Below, in pieces: positions 11,724 through 24,702 of a stretch of 64,000 nt of DNA; the stretch's first letter is position 1; each line of letters begins with the position of its first letter. Source of the stretch: Octopus sinensis (taxonomy: Eukaryota); the NCBI RefSeq assembly GCF_006345805.1, contig NC_043020.1:2604001-2668000 (forward strand), read 5' to 3'. The notes beneath the pieces were generated by a model that worked only from the letters and a program-made list of their open reading frames with translations, did no database searches and was not told the DNA's origin. The translations under genes were made by a program, and so were the position numbers.

Positions 11724-12100
11724 ATAATAATAATAATAATAATGAAATCATTGTATACAGTGCTCAGGTGCACCGCAACTTGTCAAAAGTGCATATAAAG
11801 CATATGCAGTAATGTATAAATGTCTGGAAAGCGAACAATGTATGAGTCAGATACATGCTTGTGTGTGTATAGAGGGGAGAAAATCAGGTGTAGTGTTGGC
11901 GAATCTCAGAAAGCATGGAAGTTTTGAAGGATGCAGTGCTCTGACAACTAACAACTGATGCCGGCAGTTTGTTCCATGCTTCAGCAACTCTTGGCGTGAA
12001 AAAATGCTTCCGAAAGTCATGGAAGGAGCTGTGCTGTTTTCTGACTTTGTAAACATGTCCACGGGTGTTAGACGGGTGGAGTTTGTATTAGAAATACAAC
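11724..12100 (-). mobile_element. CR1-type LINE 3' fragment
   Basis: NTRGHVYKVRKQHSS..FRKHFFT.RVAEAWNKLPASVV; highly similar to 16010-16370; (TTA)n tail. Confidence 0.82.
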
Positions 12101-12875
12101 ATGTATAAAACATGGACTTTCCTCTGAAGCTAAATTTGTCTTCTACATACTCAAACAGAACAGAGATAATTTTCTGAAATAGTTTTCTAATTTAGGTTAT
12201 AGTGCTTTTATTACATTTAGAGAAGGTAATTTGCTTGGCTAATATAGGTTTTGTAAAGTAGGGAAATTAGTAAAAAATATCATTTTCTCAAAGCCAAACC
12301 TGCAGTAAATCTTACTCATTGTGCCCCACCCACCCCTATTTAATCATTTATTTTAATTTGACTTCATTATCGTTTATATGAAGCCTTTCTCTTGAAGTTT
12401 AAACACCTGTATTCGTTTCTTTTCTTTTTCTGTTAGCCTTTAATGAAATATATAAATAAATAAATAAATCAGGAGAGTGCATGGACTCAGGGATGCATGG
12501 ATGTAAGCAAAAGCTATGAAAATCCTGTACTCTTATTTCTCCAGTTGTATTAGAGTAACAAAGGGCAGTGAGCTGGCAGAATCATTAGCATGCCAGACGA
12601 AATACTTAGAAGCATTTCGTCCATGTTTATGTTCTGAGTTCAAATTCCACCCAAAGTCAACTTTGCCTTTCATCTTTTGGAATCAATAAAATAAGCACCA
12701 CCTGAACATTGGGGGTCAATGGAATCAACTAACCAACCCGGCTGAAACCGGCTCTGGCTCTGAGTACAAATGTCTCATTTTCATAAGTTTTGAATTAAAA
12801 TCTTCCACCAAACATTTAGTCACAATTTATGTTCCGAACGCTAGCTGAATGATAACCAATACTAAATTCTTTGTT

Positions 12876-13400
12876 ATACCGAGACCTTTGGAAATATGCT
12901 GTGCATGAGAAGACCTGGCAGGACAAGTGAGACCATAACCCGTGGCCTTTACCTGGGATGTAGCCATTCCACTTATGCATACCTTTCCTCCTTGGGACAC
13001 AAAACTCTGCTTGTGAAGACCTGTTGAGGAAAGCGAAATCGAAATCAATAAAAAAAATCAATGGAAATTGTAGTTGTGATACCAGTGCCAGTGGCACGTA
13101 AGAGAACCATCCGAACATGGCCGTTGCCAGCGCCATCTTGACTGGCCTCCATGCCGGCGGCACGTAAAAAGCACCAACCGATCGTGGCCATTGCCAGCCT
13201 CGCCTGGCACCTGTGCCGGTGGCACGTAAAAAGCACCCACTACACTCATGGAGTGGTTGGCGTTAGGAAGGGCATCCAGCTGTAGAATCATTGCCAGATC
13301 AGACTGGAGACTGGTGCAGCCTCCTGGCTTCCCAGACCCCGGTCAAATCGTTCAACCCATGCTAGCATGGAAAGCGGATGTTAAACGATGATGATGATGA
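12876..13400 (+). mobile_element. RTE-type LINE 3' end (last codons plus 3'UTR with internal subrepeats)
   Basis: accgagacctttggaaatatgctgtg (RDLWKYAV) homologous to the copies at 4860 and 46200, then ggcacgtaaaaagcac subrepeats and the ...gttaaacgatgatgat tail. Confidence 0.8.
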
Positions 13401-14170
13401 TTTAAAACAATTGAAAGAAACACAGAGAATCTCAACAGAAATCCAGTAACAAAAGGGTTAATTACTCCCTCGAACCTGCAGCCTTTGTGCCAAAATTTGA
13501 AATCAATATAGGAGTAATGATGCAAAGAGGATAGACTAGCGATTAGCGGACAATCAAGCCATGACCAATACCAATTCTACCGTCACAAAAATTTATCAGT
13601 AAACTATTTTGATCCTTGCCTCTTTATTTATGAGAAAACAAAATCGATTTTGTATTTATATACTCCATTTTTCATTATGTTAATGAACAAGTTATAAATG
13701 CTTTAAAACTTATTTAATATAATTAAATTTGATAATTTTTCAATCCTTATAGCCAGCACCCCACTATGGGGCCTATTTCTCCTGACTCCACCACCTCTCT
13801 GAGTTTGAACCTTGTGGTGTGCAACCAACTGAAGCATTTGGTACTGCATTGATGCTTTTTTCTCTTTTTTTTCTCTTCTCTTTTTCTTTTTTTTTCCACA
13901 TTTTTCTTCTTTTCTTTGTCTTTCTTTTATACAAACTTGTATGGTGGAAGAATCATGATTATTGTGTAGGACTTGTATTGCTGAAATGCAAGAAATTAAA
14001 CAACAAATATCTTACAAACTACAGAATTTTCTCAAGAAAGCCAAGAGAAAAAGATGTTTTATAAACACATTCTACCAGTATATGAAGTTTAAAAGTGTTT
14101 AGTTACAAAGAAATTATTTTAAAAATCTGCTGGTCAAAGCGAAAAGATCCGAATATTCTACTTCAAAATA

Positions 14171-15091
14171 ATGGTGTCAGATCATAAATTGTTGATGCAA
14201 CACTTAAAGAGATCTTTTCTTTGCGATCATGTGGAAGTAGTGGAGTTGACAACCAATCTAAGAATTCTTACAAATGGTCATTCTGATGAAAGACAGTTTG
14301 CTAATTACCTTCTTGATGTAGGAAATGGTAACATTTCTGTTGAACAAAGCCTAGGTGAATTCAAAAATCAAACTACCCAATGACCTTTGCCTTGAAAGTG
14401 TTACTCTTTCAGATCTATGTGATATTGTATATGCTGAACTCAAAAATAACTTCACAAACCCTGTGCGGCTTGCAAATAAAACCATCGTTACTCCAACAAA
14501 TGAAGCAGCACAATTTGTGAATGATTTTCTGTTGACCAGGATCCCTGGTGAGCTAAAAAATATACAGAACCTCAGATACAGTTGATAATAACACTCTGTA
14601 CTCAGTTGAGTTCATCAACAAACTTACACCATCAGGGTTTCCATCACAAATTCTCTAACTGAAAAAAAAAACGATGCATGATGCTCCTGAGAAATTTAGA
14701 TACTATTAATGGACATTGCAATGGCACACAGTACATCATTGTCAGTTCACATGATCGTGTTATTGAGGCTGAGGTTGCTTCTGGTCCTTATGCAAGATCA
14801 ACTCTACTAATCCAAAGAATACCACATGTATCTCAAGGAATGGAATTTCCATTTTCATTTACATGCAAACAATTTCCTGTCAAGCCAGCTTTTGCCTTGA
14901 CGTGCAACAGGGCACAGGGACAGACTTTTGAACAAATTGGAATGTATCTTCCGACACAATTCTTCTCACATGGCCAGCTGTATGTTGCATTATTTAGAGT
15001 TCGAAAGAAGGTTTATGCAAAAATATTGGCTGAGAGAAATGGAAATAGTATGATTACTGACAATTGTGTCTACAAGGAGATACTACTTTAA
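14171..15091 (+). pseudogene. Decayed Helitron PIF1-like helicase C-terminal region
   Basis: Three frameshifted ORFs with LLDVGNG, IVTPTN, NGHCNGT, QFPVKPAFALTCNRAQGQT, FSHGQLYVAL.RV and a terminal NCVYKEIL, the hallmark Helitron RepHel C-terminus. Confidence 0.9.
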
Positions 15092-16009
15092 AGCAAAATA
15101 TGCTTTTTAGCAAGTTTCAGGAAATAGAATCAACACATAAATTATATGTAAAGTAACATATATTTGTGTGGAATTAAATTGTTTTGGTATATTTCAACAC
15201 ATGCTGAATGAGTGATATCCTTATATTAGATCATTTTAAATTTGGACATATTTGAAAAAGTAAGGAAACGTCATTCCCATGTGTTCTCACAGGACCAGAC
15301 TTTTGTGTGTGTGTGTGTATGTATCCATCCATCCATCCATCCATCCATCCAGCTAGCTAGCTATCTACCTACCTACGTGTCTGTCTATCTGTCTATCTAT
15401 CTATCTATCTATATATATATATATATACATATAATATCTTTGCACACTTAAGCAGGTTCTACCAATTATTAATGATAAATATATATAACAGATTGACTCT
15501 TTAAAAAAGAGAGATTATGACATGAAATAAAGAAAGCAGTATTTACTAAGCAAGTGAGCACTATTATACAAAGAAATAATTAGACGTAAAATATCATAAA
15601 AATTATTAGAATTGGGAATCAAATGCGAAAATATTATCGAGTGGATGGCAGAAAACCGCCCGGAGGTCTTTCTGCCAGTGAACGTAAGCAATCCAATAGA
15701 ATTAAGTCCCTTGCATATATCTGAGGGAGGTAACTCTTTCTAACTTGCTCGTTATGTATTCTTGCAGCGAATTCAAATAAAGATGCTGACACCTCACAAA
15801 AGTGAAAGACACATTGGATAATATAAACCAAGAGACGCTATGCCTAAATAAAATTTAAAAAGGGATAGTTACGGCTTGAATTCTAATGCCTATCTGAAAA
15901 TCTGGCGAGAAAGTTTTGGGTCCCACAAACAATGTCACCTGGCCTTGTGTGAGACGGTTGTGTACAATTTCTTTATTTTAAAATAATAATAATGGTAATA
16001 ATAATAATA

Positions 16010-16604
16010 ATGAAATTATTGTCTACAGTGCTCAGGTGCCCCACAACTTGTCAAAAGTGCGTATAAAGCACATGCAGTAATGTACCAATATCTGGAAAGC
16101 GAACAATGTATGAGTCAGATAGATGCTTGCTAGTGTATGGAGGGGAGAAAATCAGGTGTAGTGTTGGCGAATCTCAGGAAGCATGGAAGTTTTGAAGGAT
16201 GCAGTGCTCCAACAACTAACAACTGATGCTGGCAGTTTGTTCCATGCTTCAGCAACTCTTAGCGTGAAAAAATGTTTCCGAAAGTCAAGGAAGGAGCTGT
16301 GCTGTTTTCTGACTTTGTAAATATGTCCACGGGTGTTAGATGGGTGGAGTTTGAAAAGGTGCTCAGAGTTATTGTTTGTAAGATGGTTAATAATTTTATG
16401 GGTGTCTGCCAAGTCAGTTGCCAGATGTTGGAGTTTCAATGTGTCCATGCCCAGGGAGTAAGGCGTTCAGAATATGGCAAATGCCTGGTGGAGAGTATTC
16501 TTTTGGTTGCACGTCGCTGAACGGCTTCCAGACGATTAATATCCTGGGCAAGATAGGGATTCCAGACCGGTGACGCAAATTCCAGGTGAGGTCGTACCAT
16601 AGCT
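16010..16604 (-). mobile_element. CR1-type LINE 3' fragment (ORF2 C-terminus, frameshifted)
   Basis: MVRPHLEFASPVWNPYLAQDINRLEAVQRRATKRI...YSERL and TRGH...FFTLRVAEAWNKLP, classic CR1/L2-group ORF2 C-terminal motifs. Truncated by a SINE at about 16605. Confidence 0.87.
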
Positions 16605-16810
16605 ATATAAGGTGGCGAGCTGACAGAATCGATAGCATTTCGGGAAAAATACTTTGCGGCATTTCGTCCGTCTTTACGTTCTGGATTCAAATTCCGCTGA
16701 GGATCGATTCTGCCTTTTATCCTTTCAGCGTCGATAAAATAGTACCAGTTAAACACTAGGGGGTCAATGTAATCGACTTACCCCTATCCCCAAACTTGCG
16801 GACCTTGCGC
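16605..16810 (+). mobile_element. Second tRNA-derived SINE family with a Nin/Deu-like central domain (representative)
   Basis: gagctg(g/a)cagaatc head, ttcaaattcc B-box-like motif, gcctttcatccttt..gtcgataaa..agtaccag core. Copies at about 8495-8710(-), 10960-11135(-), 12562-12735(+), 34490-34645(+), 35757-35905(-), 37190-37350(-), 49095-49390(-), 63870-63990(-). Confidence 0.75.
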
Positions 16811-17735
16811 CGTGTGTGTGTGTGAAGCTAAATGCTTAAAAACTGTATTTTTTGCAGCATTTGGACAAATTGAAAAGGAAAAAAATTATCCCTGAAGACA
16901 AGATCAACCGGCCGGAAAAATACATTTCTTGGCGAACAGATGATATATTGATGTTTAGCAAAAGCACAAGGTTACACATTTGCGGGCAAACAGAAGATAG
17001 ATCGACGTCATTTTCTGATTAAGTATTTTATTTTATCTATCGAGGCGAAGACGTGCCTGCGTGGCAAGAGGGTGGCTTCCTAACCACATAGGTCCGGGTT
17101 CAGTCCCACTGCGTGGCACCTTGGGCAAAAATCTTCAACTAGAGACTCGGGCCAACCAAAGCCTCGTGAATGAATTTGGCAGACGGAAACTGAAAAAGCC
17201 CAGAGAGAGGGAGGGAGAGAGAAAAAGAAAGAGAGAGGGGGAAGAAAGAGAGAGGAAGGGAGAGAAAGAGATAGAAAGAAAGAGAGAGATGTATATATCT
17301 ATGTGTCTGTTTGTCCCCATCATCACGTTTATTTGTGTGTGTTGTGTGTGTGTGTGTGTGTGTGTGTTTGTGCCTGTGCTCGTCCACCACCACTGCTTAA
17401 AAACCGGTGTTGGTATGTTAACGTTCTCGTAACTTAGGGGTTCGGCAAAAGACACCGACAAAATAAGTACCAGGCTTTAAAAAGAATATATAAGTACTGG
17501 AATCGATATATTCGACTAAAAATCTTCAAAACGGTGCTCCAACATGGCCACAGTTTAACGACTGAAACAAGTAAAAGATAAAAACTAAAGGTCCCGGAAT
17601 GATGATGACTGAAGTTGACACCCGCGGGATTTGAACTCAGAATGAAATAATGTCATTATGTAAAAGTGTAGAGATATGTGTGACTTCTGAGGAAAATCGG
17701 TGACGGTCAAAGCAGAGTGAAGGGATTTAATGGAG

Positions 17736-17796
17736 GGGGCGGGGGAGCAGCAGGAAATGACTCAGAATCAGTGAAGCGGAAAGGCAGGAAATGACG
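17736..17796 (+). promoter_or_regulatory. GC box plus two ETS/bZIP composite sites upstream of COTL1
   Basis: GGGGCGGGG (17736), CAGGAAATGACTCA (17751-17764; ETS overlapping a consensus AP-1 site) and CAGGAAATGACG (17785-17796). About 1.15 kb upstream of the ATG. Confidence 0.45.
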
Positions 17797-17883
17797 GCTT
17801 CACGCTACAATGGTCACCAAGGCTAGCACATTAAATGTGTGTGTGTGTGTGCATATGAAATATCTATGTCTATGTATATATAG

Positions 17884-17982
<99 letters not shown>

Positions 17983-18005
17983 ATATGTTATGTGTGCGTG
18001 ATGTA

Positions 18006-18051
<46 letters not shown>

Positions 18052-18176
18052 AAATACAAACTGGGACAAGAACGCAAAACATTTAGAAGATGATACAAAA
18101 ACACGGACGGGACATTCGAAGCCTTCAATCTTCAGTCAAGAACCGGATCATCCTCGCAATTTCGGCTGATTAATCT

Positions 18177-18208
<32 letters not shown>

Positions 18209-18526
18209 TGTATGTATGTATGTATGTATGTATGTATGTATATATCTTCCTGCTGAAGATGGCAACGCCAATTGTAAATTTAAAATCATTTTACTATGCA
18301 TAGTCGGATCTTTTCAGTTTGAAGGCCAGATTTTCCTAGTTAACTAAACAATTTGAAATTTCGTATACTGGTAGAATGTGTCAAAAGAAAACATAATTGT
18401 AAACCAAAATGAAAACGGAATTGTAATTTCTAAGTTTAACGTTGTTTAATAATTCGAATTTTAACCAATGATATTCTTTCTTTCGGCTCATATTATATAT
18501 TACTCTCTCTCAAAATATTGTTACTG

Positions 18527-18620
18527 TGACGTAATCAGCTATTTTGCGACGTAGTTAACGTAAACATGTAAACAGACCTACAGATTCGTTTGTGACGTAA
18601 ACATCCGCTCATCGTAAACA
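18527..18620 (+). promoter_or_regulatory. Forkhead/CRE-like motif cluster, probable COTL1 proximal promoter
   Basis: GTAAACA x4 (18560, 18568, 18597, 18614) and TGACGTAA x2 (18527, 18593) within 94 bp, immediately before the N gap and the 5'UTR-like sequence. Confidence 0.45.
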
Positions 18621-18623
18621 GCT

Positions 18624-18723
18624 NNNNNNNNNNNNNNNNNNNNNNNNNNNNNNNNNNNNNNNNNNNNNNNNNNNNNNNNNNNNNNNNNNNNNNNNNNNNN
18701 NNNNNNNNNNNNNNNNNNNNNNN
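18624..18723. other. Assembly gap (100 N)
   Basis: Run of exactly 100 n; the true length and the adjacency of its flanks are unknown. Confidence 0.99.
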
Positions 18724-18915
18724 CACAACACCACATCACAAAAACACACAACACAGCAACACAACAACGACACATCACCACCACGCATTCACTCTCTGCC
18801 GAGGCTTATTTAGTTTCTTCCGCCCATCCAGAGAAAGCTTCGATCTCTCTCACACAAAACACATATTAAACACACACACAAATATATATATTTATATATT
18901 TATATATATAAGACA

Positions 18916-18992
18916 ATGTCACCAATTAAAGAAAAGGAACGTATTAAGGAGTTCTGCGAAGATGTCCGAAACAATTCCTCGGGAACAAATTG
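18916..18992 (+). CDS. COTL1: Coactosin-like protein (ADF-H domain), coding exon 1
   Basis: acaATG...AATTG|gtaagt. 77 nt, MSPIKEKERIKEFCEDVRNNSSGTN(W). Frame joins exon 2 to complete the conserved Trp. Confidence 0.85.
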
Positions 18993-19185
18993 GTAAGTTT
19001 ATTAATTAATCATTTATTCGCTTAATTATATATTTGGACGGTGCGTGCGTGTGTGTGTGTGTGTGTCTGTGCGTGTGTGTGTGTGTGTGTGTGTTTGATT
19101 CTGAACTTCCTTGGGAGAGACGCAAGGTGTTTTCGGAATCTCTTTCCGTGTTCTTGTGGTTGTCATAGTTTTTTTTACCAAAGAG

Positions 19186-19749
19186 GATGATGACAACGAA
19201 GGTGACCACGATCACGATCGTGATTATAACGATAATCATCATCATCATCATCATCATCAAAATGATTAGGATTACGATGATGATGATGTGTCGTTGGATG
19301 GATTTTTTTAAGATGACGGTGGTATTGGTGGTGATGGTAGTTGTGGCGGTGGTGGTGGTGATGGTGGTATTGGTGGTGGTGGTGGTTGCGGCGATTGCAG
19401 TTGTGATCAGATGTGCTTATAATGGTTAGTTAAAGAATTACCGTTTCTTCAGGTAAGCGGCAGCAAAGGTGCTGCTGGTGGGGACGGCGGGGGCGGGGGA
19501 GGCGAAGGGGCAGTAAATATGGTGTTTACAGTAGTGATGGTCGTGGTTTCCGTACAAGCCATGGTGGTGGTGGTGGTGGTGGCGGCGGCGGTGGTAGCAG
19601 CAGCAGTACCGGTAGTAGTAGTAGTAATCCTGGTGACGATAGTGGTTGTTGGAGCCGTGGTCCTTATGGTTTCTATTGTTCGATGATGCTGATGACCATC
19701 ATCATCATCATCACAATTATCATCATCATCATCGTCATCATCATCATCG

Positions 19750-19781
<32 letters not shown>

Positions 19782-20330
19782 GTCATCATCGTCATCATCA
19801 TCATCGTCATCATGCTGAAGATCATAACGAAGCGGATGTGAATGTGACGGAAAAAGGGATCGTATTTTTGTTGTTGTAGTAGTATAGTAGTAGTAGTATA
19901 GTAGTAGTAGTAGTGGTGGTGGTGGTGGTGGTGGTGGTAGTAGTAGTTAATGCTGCTGCTGTTGCTGCAGCCAAGTGATCAAAGACATTCCAACCACGAC
20001 CATCGTGTCATATATATATATCCGCGACTACGTTTTCCAATGTTATCTTCCATTGTTTTCGAAGATGGTAGGAACTGTAAATTAAGGGAGATTTCTCTGC
20101 TATTTCTAGCATGCCGAATGGCCCCTTAGCAGCTTCTTCGTTTGTTTGTGGTGCTGCCGGTTGTCGTCGACGATGACAATGATGATGATGATGATGATGA
20201 TCGTGATGATGATCGTGGTGATAATGTGGTGATGGTGATGGTGATGGTGGTGGTGATGATGATGATGCTGATGATGATGATGATGATGATGATGGTGATG
20301 GTGATGGTGATGATGATGATGATGGGGAGG
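19186..20330. repeat. Island of switching trinucleotide repeats (GAT, CAT, GGT, TAG, GCT) at the start of COTL1 intron 1
   Basis: Directly visible; followed by a purine-only (GA/GAAA)n tract at about 20415-20745 and a (GATA/GACA)n tract at about 21100-21500. Confidence 0.92.
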
Positions 20331-20643
20331 AGGCGGATATTTTGCTGTTTGCGTTGTTATTGATGCTTCAAAATTCTTGTGAAATAATTATTTAAAAGTA
20401 CATTTAGACTGTCACAGAGAGAGAGAGAGAGAGAGAGCGAAGGAAAGGACGAGATAGAGAGGGTGAATGAGAGTGAGAGGAGAGAAGAGAGAAAGAATGA
20501 GAAGGAGTGGGTGAGAGAGACAGAAAGACAGAGGGAGAGATAGAGACCGACAGATAGACAGACAGACAGACAAAGGGAGAAAGTAGAATGGGAGAAAAAA
20601 AAAGAGAAAATGAAGGCGTGTGAGAGAAGGTGGCTGAGAGATG

Positions 20644-20677
<34 letters not shown>

Positions 20678-20948
20678 GAACTGAGACAAAAGAAAGACAG
20701 AAAGAAAGAGAGAATTAAAACGAAGACGAGAGAGAGAAAGGGGGGGCGGAGAACAAGAGCTTAAACCATGTTACGAATACACAATACGAGTGTTGAGGAG
20801 TTTAGAATATCAAATCTGAGGATCACAGCTTTGTCTGCATTCTCTCTTTTTTTATCCATTTTATTTAATGCACAGAAGTCAATTTTATATGTAATATATA
20901 TCTGTCAGTCTGTCTGTCTGTCTGTCTGTTTGCCTCGGTCTTTGTCAA

Positions 20949-20987
<39 letters not shown>

Positions 20988-21077
20988 TCTCAAGAAAGAG
21001 AGATAGCTAGCTAGACTGACAGATTGATAGGCAGATGGCAGTTATGTATGTGTGTGTTTGTGTTATCTACATCTATT

Positions 21078-21109
<32 letters not shown>

Positions 21110-21128
21110 GATAGATAGATATAGATAG

Positions 21129-21160
<32 letters not shown>

Positions 21161-21236
21161 GATAGTAGATAGATAGATAGATAATATATATATAGATAGA
21201 TAGATAGATATATACATATATACATAATACATATAT

Positions 21237-21283
<47 letters not shown>

Positions 21284-21295
21284 ATACATATACCT

Positions 21296-21329
<34 letters not shown>

Positions 21330-22539
21330 GAGAGAGAGAGAGAGGAGTGGATAGATAGATAAGCAAACACAGACAGACAGGCAGATAAACAGGCAGGCAG
21401 ACAGATACATAGACAGGACAGACAGGCAGACAGCTGGACAGACAGACAGACAAACAGACAGACCAATAGACAGTCAGACATAGGTAGATGGATAGATAAA
21501 CAGAAATAACTAAATGAAGACAAGAAGTAGAGCTTAGAAAAGATTCTTTCTTTTTAAAAGAAATTACATGTCCGTCATTTCCAAAGTTCTGACAAGAACA
21601 GTTCTTTAAACTGCAGCAGATAAATGGATGCTTGGCGTATACAAACAAATTAGGGATGTGAAGAAGGAAGGAATTCTTGTATGCAACGTGGATTGATTGC
21701 ATCCCTACATTAAAGTAAGCACTAATGAGGAACCGGCAGGATTAGCAAGGGAGAGGTTTGTCCTCTTGTATGCACATGTGTGTATGGTGGTCGGGGGGAG
21801 GGTCGTAGGATTTAGGAAATTATGAAAGAAAACTCAAAATTTGAAAATGAACATTTTAGTTTGTAACAGATATTGCGAAAAAAAATATTTGCTGAACGGT
21901 GTTGTAAGAGAGTGAAAATCAATATTGAGCTATCTTATCATTATACCTAAAGAACTTTAATATTATTTTTCGTTTTTGGAGAGTCAAAACTATTGAAAAA
22001 GGTTGCAAGATGCAACGGAAATTTTAGGACAATAAAAATAAGAAAAAGTGGAGATTTTACCGGTGAGTGTGTTACATTGTAAGGCACAATAGAATTTAAT
22101 ATTATTTTTTTTTAAAGAAAGTATTTTAATTTTCATATTAAAGGTTATGAAATGTTAAAATTTGAAAATATTAAGATGAAAATTCAGTTTTATTTTAATG
22201 ACGTATCTACAAAATTTGTATTTTAATTAATATTTTCTTTCATTTGAATTAATTAAAAGTACAGCATATTTTATCTTTTATTTTATACTTGTTTCACTCA
22301 TTTGGCTGTGGCCATGCTGGGGCATCATCATGAAGAATTTTTAGTCGAATGATTCAATGTTATGGGGATGTAAACACACCAACACCAGTTGTCAGGTGGT
22401 GGTGGTGGTGGTGGTGGTGGTGGTGGCGGCGGCAGTGGCGGCGGAGGAGGAGGAGGAGGAGGAGGAAGACAAACACACACACACACGAAAGGCTTCTTTC
22501 AGTTTTCATCTATCAAATATATCAAATATATATATATAA

Positions 22540-22820
22540 AGGGTGGGGGGGAAATAAGTAAGCATTAAAAATTGGTAATAAAATCCATATTCCTATTTAA
22601 AGTTTGTTGAAACAAATGCTACATGTTCTTTATTACATGGGAAAATGAAAGTAGATCTGCATATTTCAACGTAAGCACCGCTGGCGTCACCAAATTTCCT
22701 CAAGCAGCCAGGAACAGAATGAACAAACTTCTGAAGGATGTTGTCTGGGATATCATTGGGAACCTGCTGCTGAATCTGTGTCTCCAAGTCCTCCCCTGTG
22801 CAAGGTTTTATCTTGCACAT
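22540..22820 (-). mobile_element. C-terminal fragment of a second Tc1/mariner transposase
   Basis: DLETQIQQQVPNDIPDNILQKFVHSVPGCLRKFGDASGAYVEI resembles Tc1/mariner C-termini. Confidence 0.55.
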
Positions 22821-22859
22821 CTCTTTTGTGTAACCCCACAGGTAAAAATCTTGAAAAAC

Positions 22860-24009
22860 TAAAGAGTAAATTTATTCAATAAAATCGCCATTGGCTTCCA
22901 CCACGGCCTTCAGACGACTTTGGAATCTCCTGGAGGGTCTCTTTGTTTAAGTTGATGAATGCTGCTGTAATCCTTGCCTTCAGTTCATCTTTGGTGTGAC
23001 AAAGGAGTTTTGTTGGTCTCTATTGCATCCCATGCATAATAATCAAGGAGGTTGCAGTCTGGGGAGTTGTGTGGCCAGATGTTAGGAGTGATATGGTCGC
23101 AGAAATTGTCTGACAGTCATGACTGGGTTCTCTTGTTTGTGTGGCACGGTACAGAGTCCTGTTGCCAGACATAGGGTCTTCCAGCGCTATCCCCTCCAGG
23201 CACTTGATGTAGGCCTCTGTGTTGAGTCTGAGGCTATGTGGGAAGTTGAATGGAGGCATAATGTCACCATCACTAGTGATCACCCCAACTGCCATGATGT
23301 TGGCTGAATGTTTGATTTGCATCACTCTAAGTACATGTTTTGAGGACACAGTAAGCCAACGGTTGTCCTTGTGTTCACCATCTGATCCTGACAGAAATTT
23401 TTCTTGTCTGAGAAAACCAAAGTATGTTCAGTTGGAGGGGATGCTTGAGTTTGTTCAAAAGCTTCATAGTGTGGTCTTCCCTCTTGTCCTTGATGGATTG
23501 GGATAAAAATTGGCCCTTTCTCATCATGAACTAGGAATACGGAATGTCTTCATTGACTCTCTGCCTGATAAGAAACTCAGACACTCTCATGTCCCTGGCG
23601 ATGGACCTGATTGACTTGGAGGGATCGTTGTCAATCATGGCCTGGATCTCACCAACAAATTCAGGAGTCCTTTTCTTATCAGAACAATCAGAGTGAGTTT
23701 TCCAAGCTGCCGTACCTTCGCAATCACCATTAGACTCATCCAACTCTTTCCTAATCCTCTGCACCATCCTCAGATTGACAACCAAACACTCTGAAATGGT
23801 CATACTGGAGCTTCCAGTGTGAATGCCAAGCAGTACAGTATGTCGTTTCCAAATTTCAGGCAGAGTGAAATGCATCATGATGCTGGTTCTCTCACAGATG
23901 GTGCCCAACTGACCCTACAGCGCTGTGTAGCTGACAAAATCAAAAACAAACAATGAGCATGCACAAAATTAAAAATATAAAATGGTGACAATTTATCCAT
24001 CACACCCTG

Positions 24010-24012
<3 letters not shown>
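22860..24012 (-). mobile_element. Decayed Tc1/mariner DD37D (maT-type) transposon
   Basis: HTH region (SKSIRSIARDMRVSEFLIR), WQQD...WPHNSPDCNLLD with 37 residues counted between the last two Asp, C-terminal GDFIE*. One end reads TA-CAGGGTG. Confidence 0.85.
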
Positions 24013-24052
<40 letters not shown>

Positions 24053-24234
24053 AATTAAAAAAGGAAAATATGCACACTTACATAGTTTTAATATAATTTT
24101 TAATATATCGACCAGTTTCGCTATCGCTATTCATGATATTATGCTTTACTTATTTGAATATATATTTTTAAGAAGAAATTTTGTCCATGTTGTGTGTGAT
24201 GATGAAATTCATAAGTAAATGACTTCACAAGTAG

Positions 24235-24307
<73 letters not shown>

Positions 24308-24669
24308 ACCTTCTATATCTGCAATAATACTTTGCACTTTTATAACATGCACACTGGTGCAGACGTAAAATAATTTACTTTACACTAAAATAGATTATTT
24401 TTGCATGATGTCAGCTGCAAAATGATCATCGTGCTATAGATTCCAACTGGTGAAATAGAAATTCCTCTCCTAACTCCTGACTTTCTTTATATTCTATTTG
24501 CTCCTCATAAAATAATTTTCACTGATTGAATTTAATAGACTTCAACTGCATTGGACTCTACACTACACTCTTACATATTGGTTTTACTGTGTGGGTTTGT
24601 AGCCTAGTCCACTAAAGGAGCTTTTAGTGATTACCACTAGATTATATAAATCCATATATTGTACCTTAA

Positions 24670-24671
<2 letters not shown>

Positions 24672-24702
<31 letters not shown>

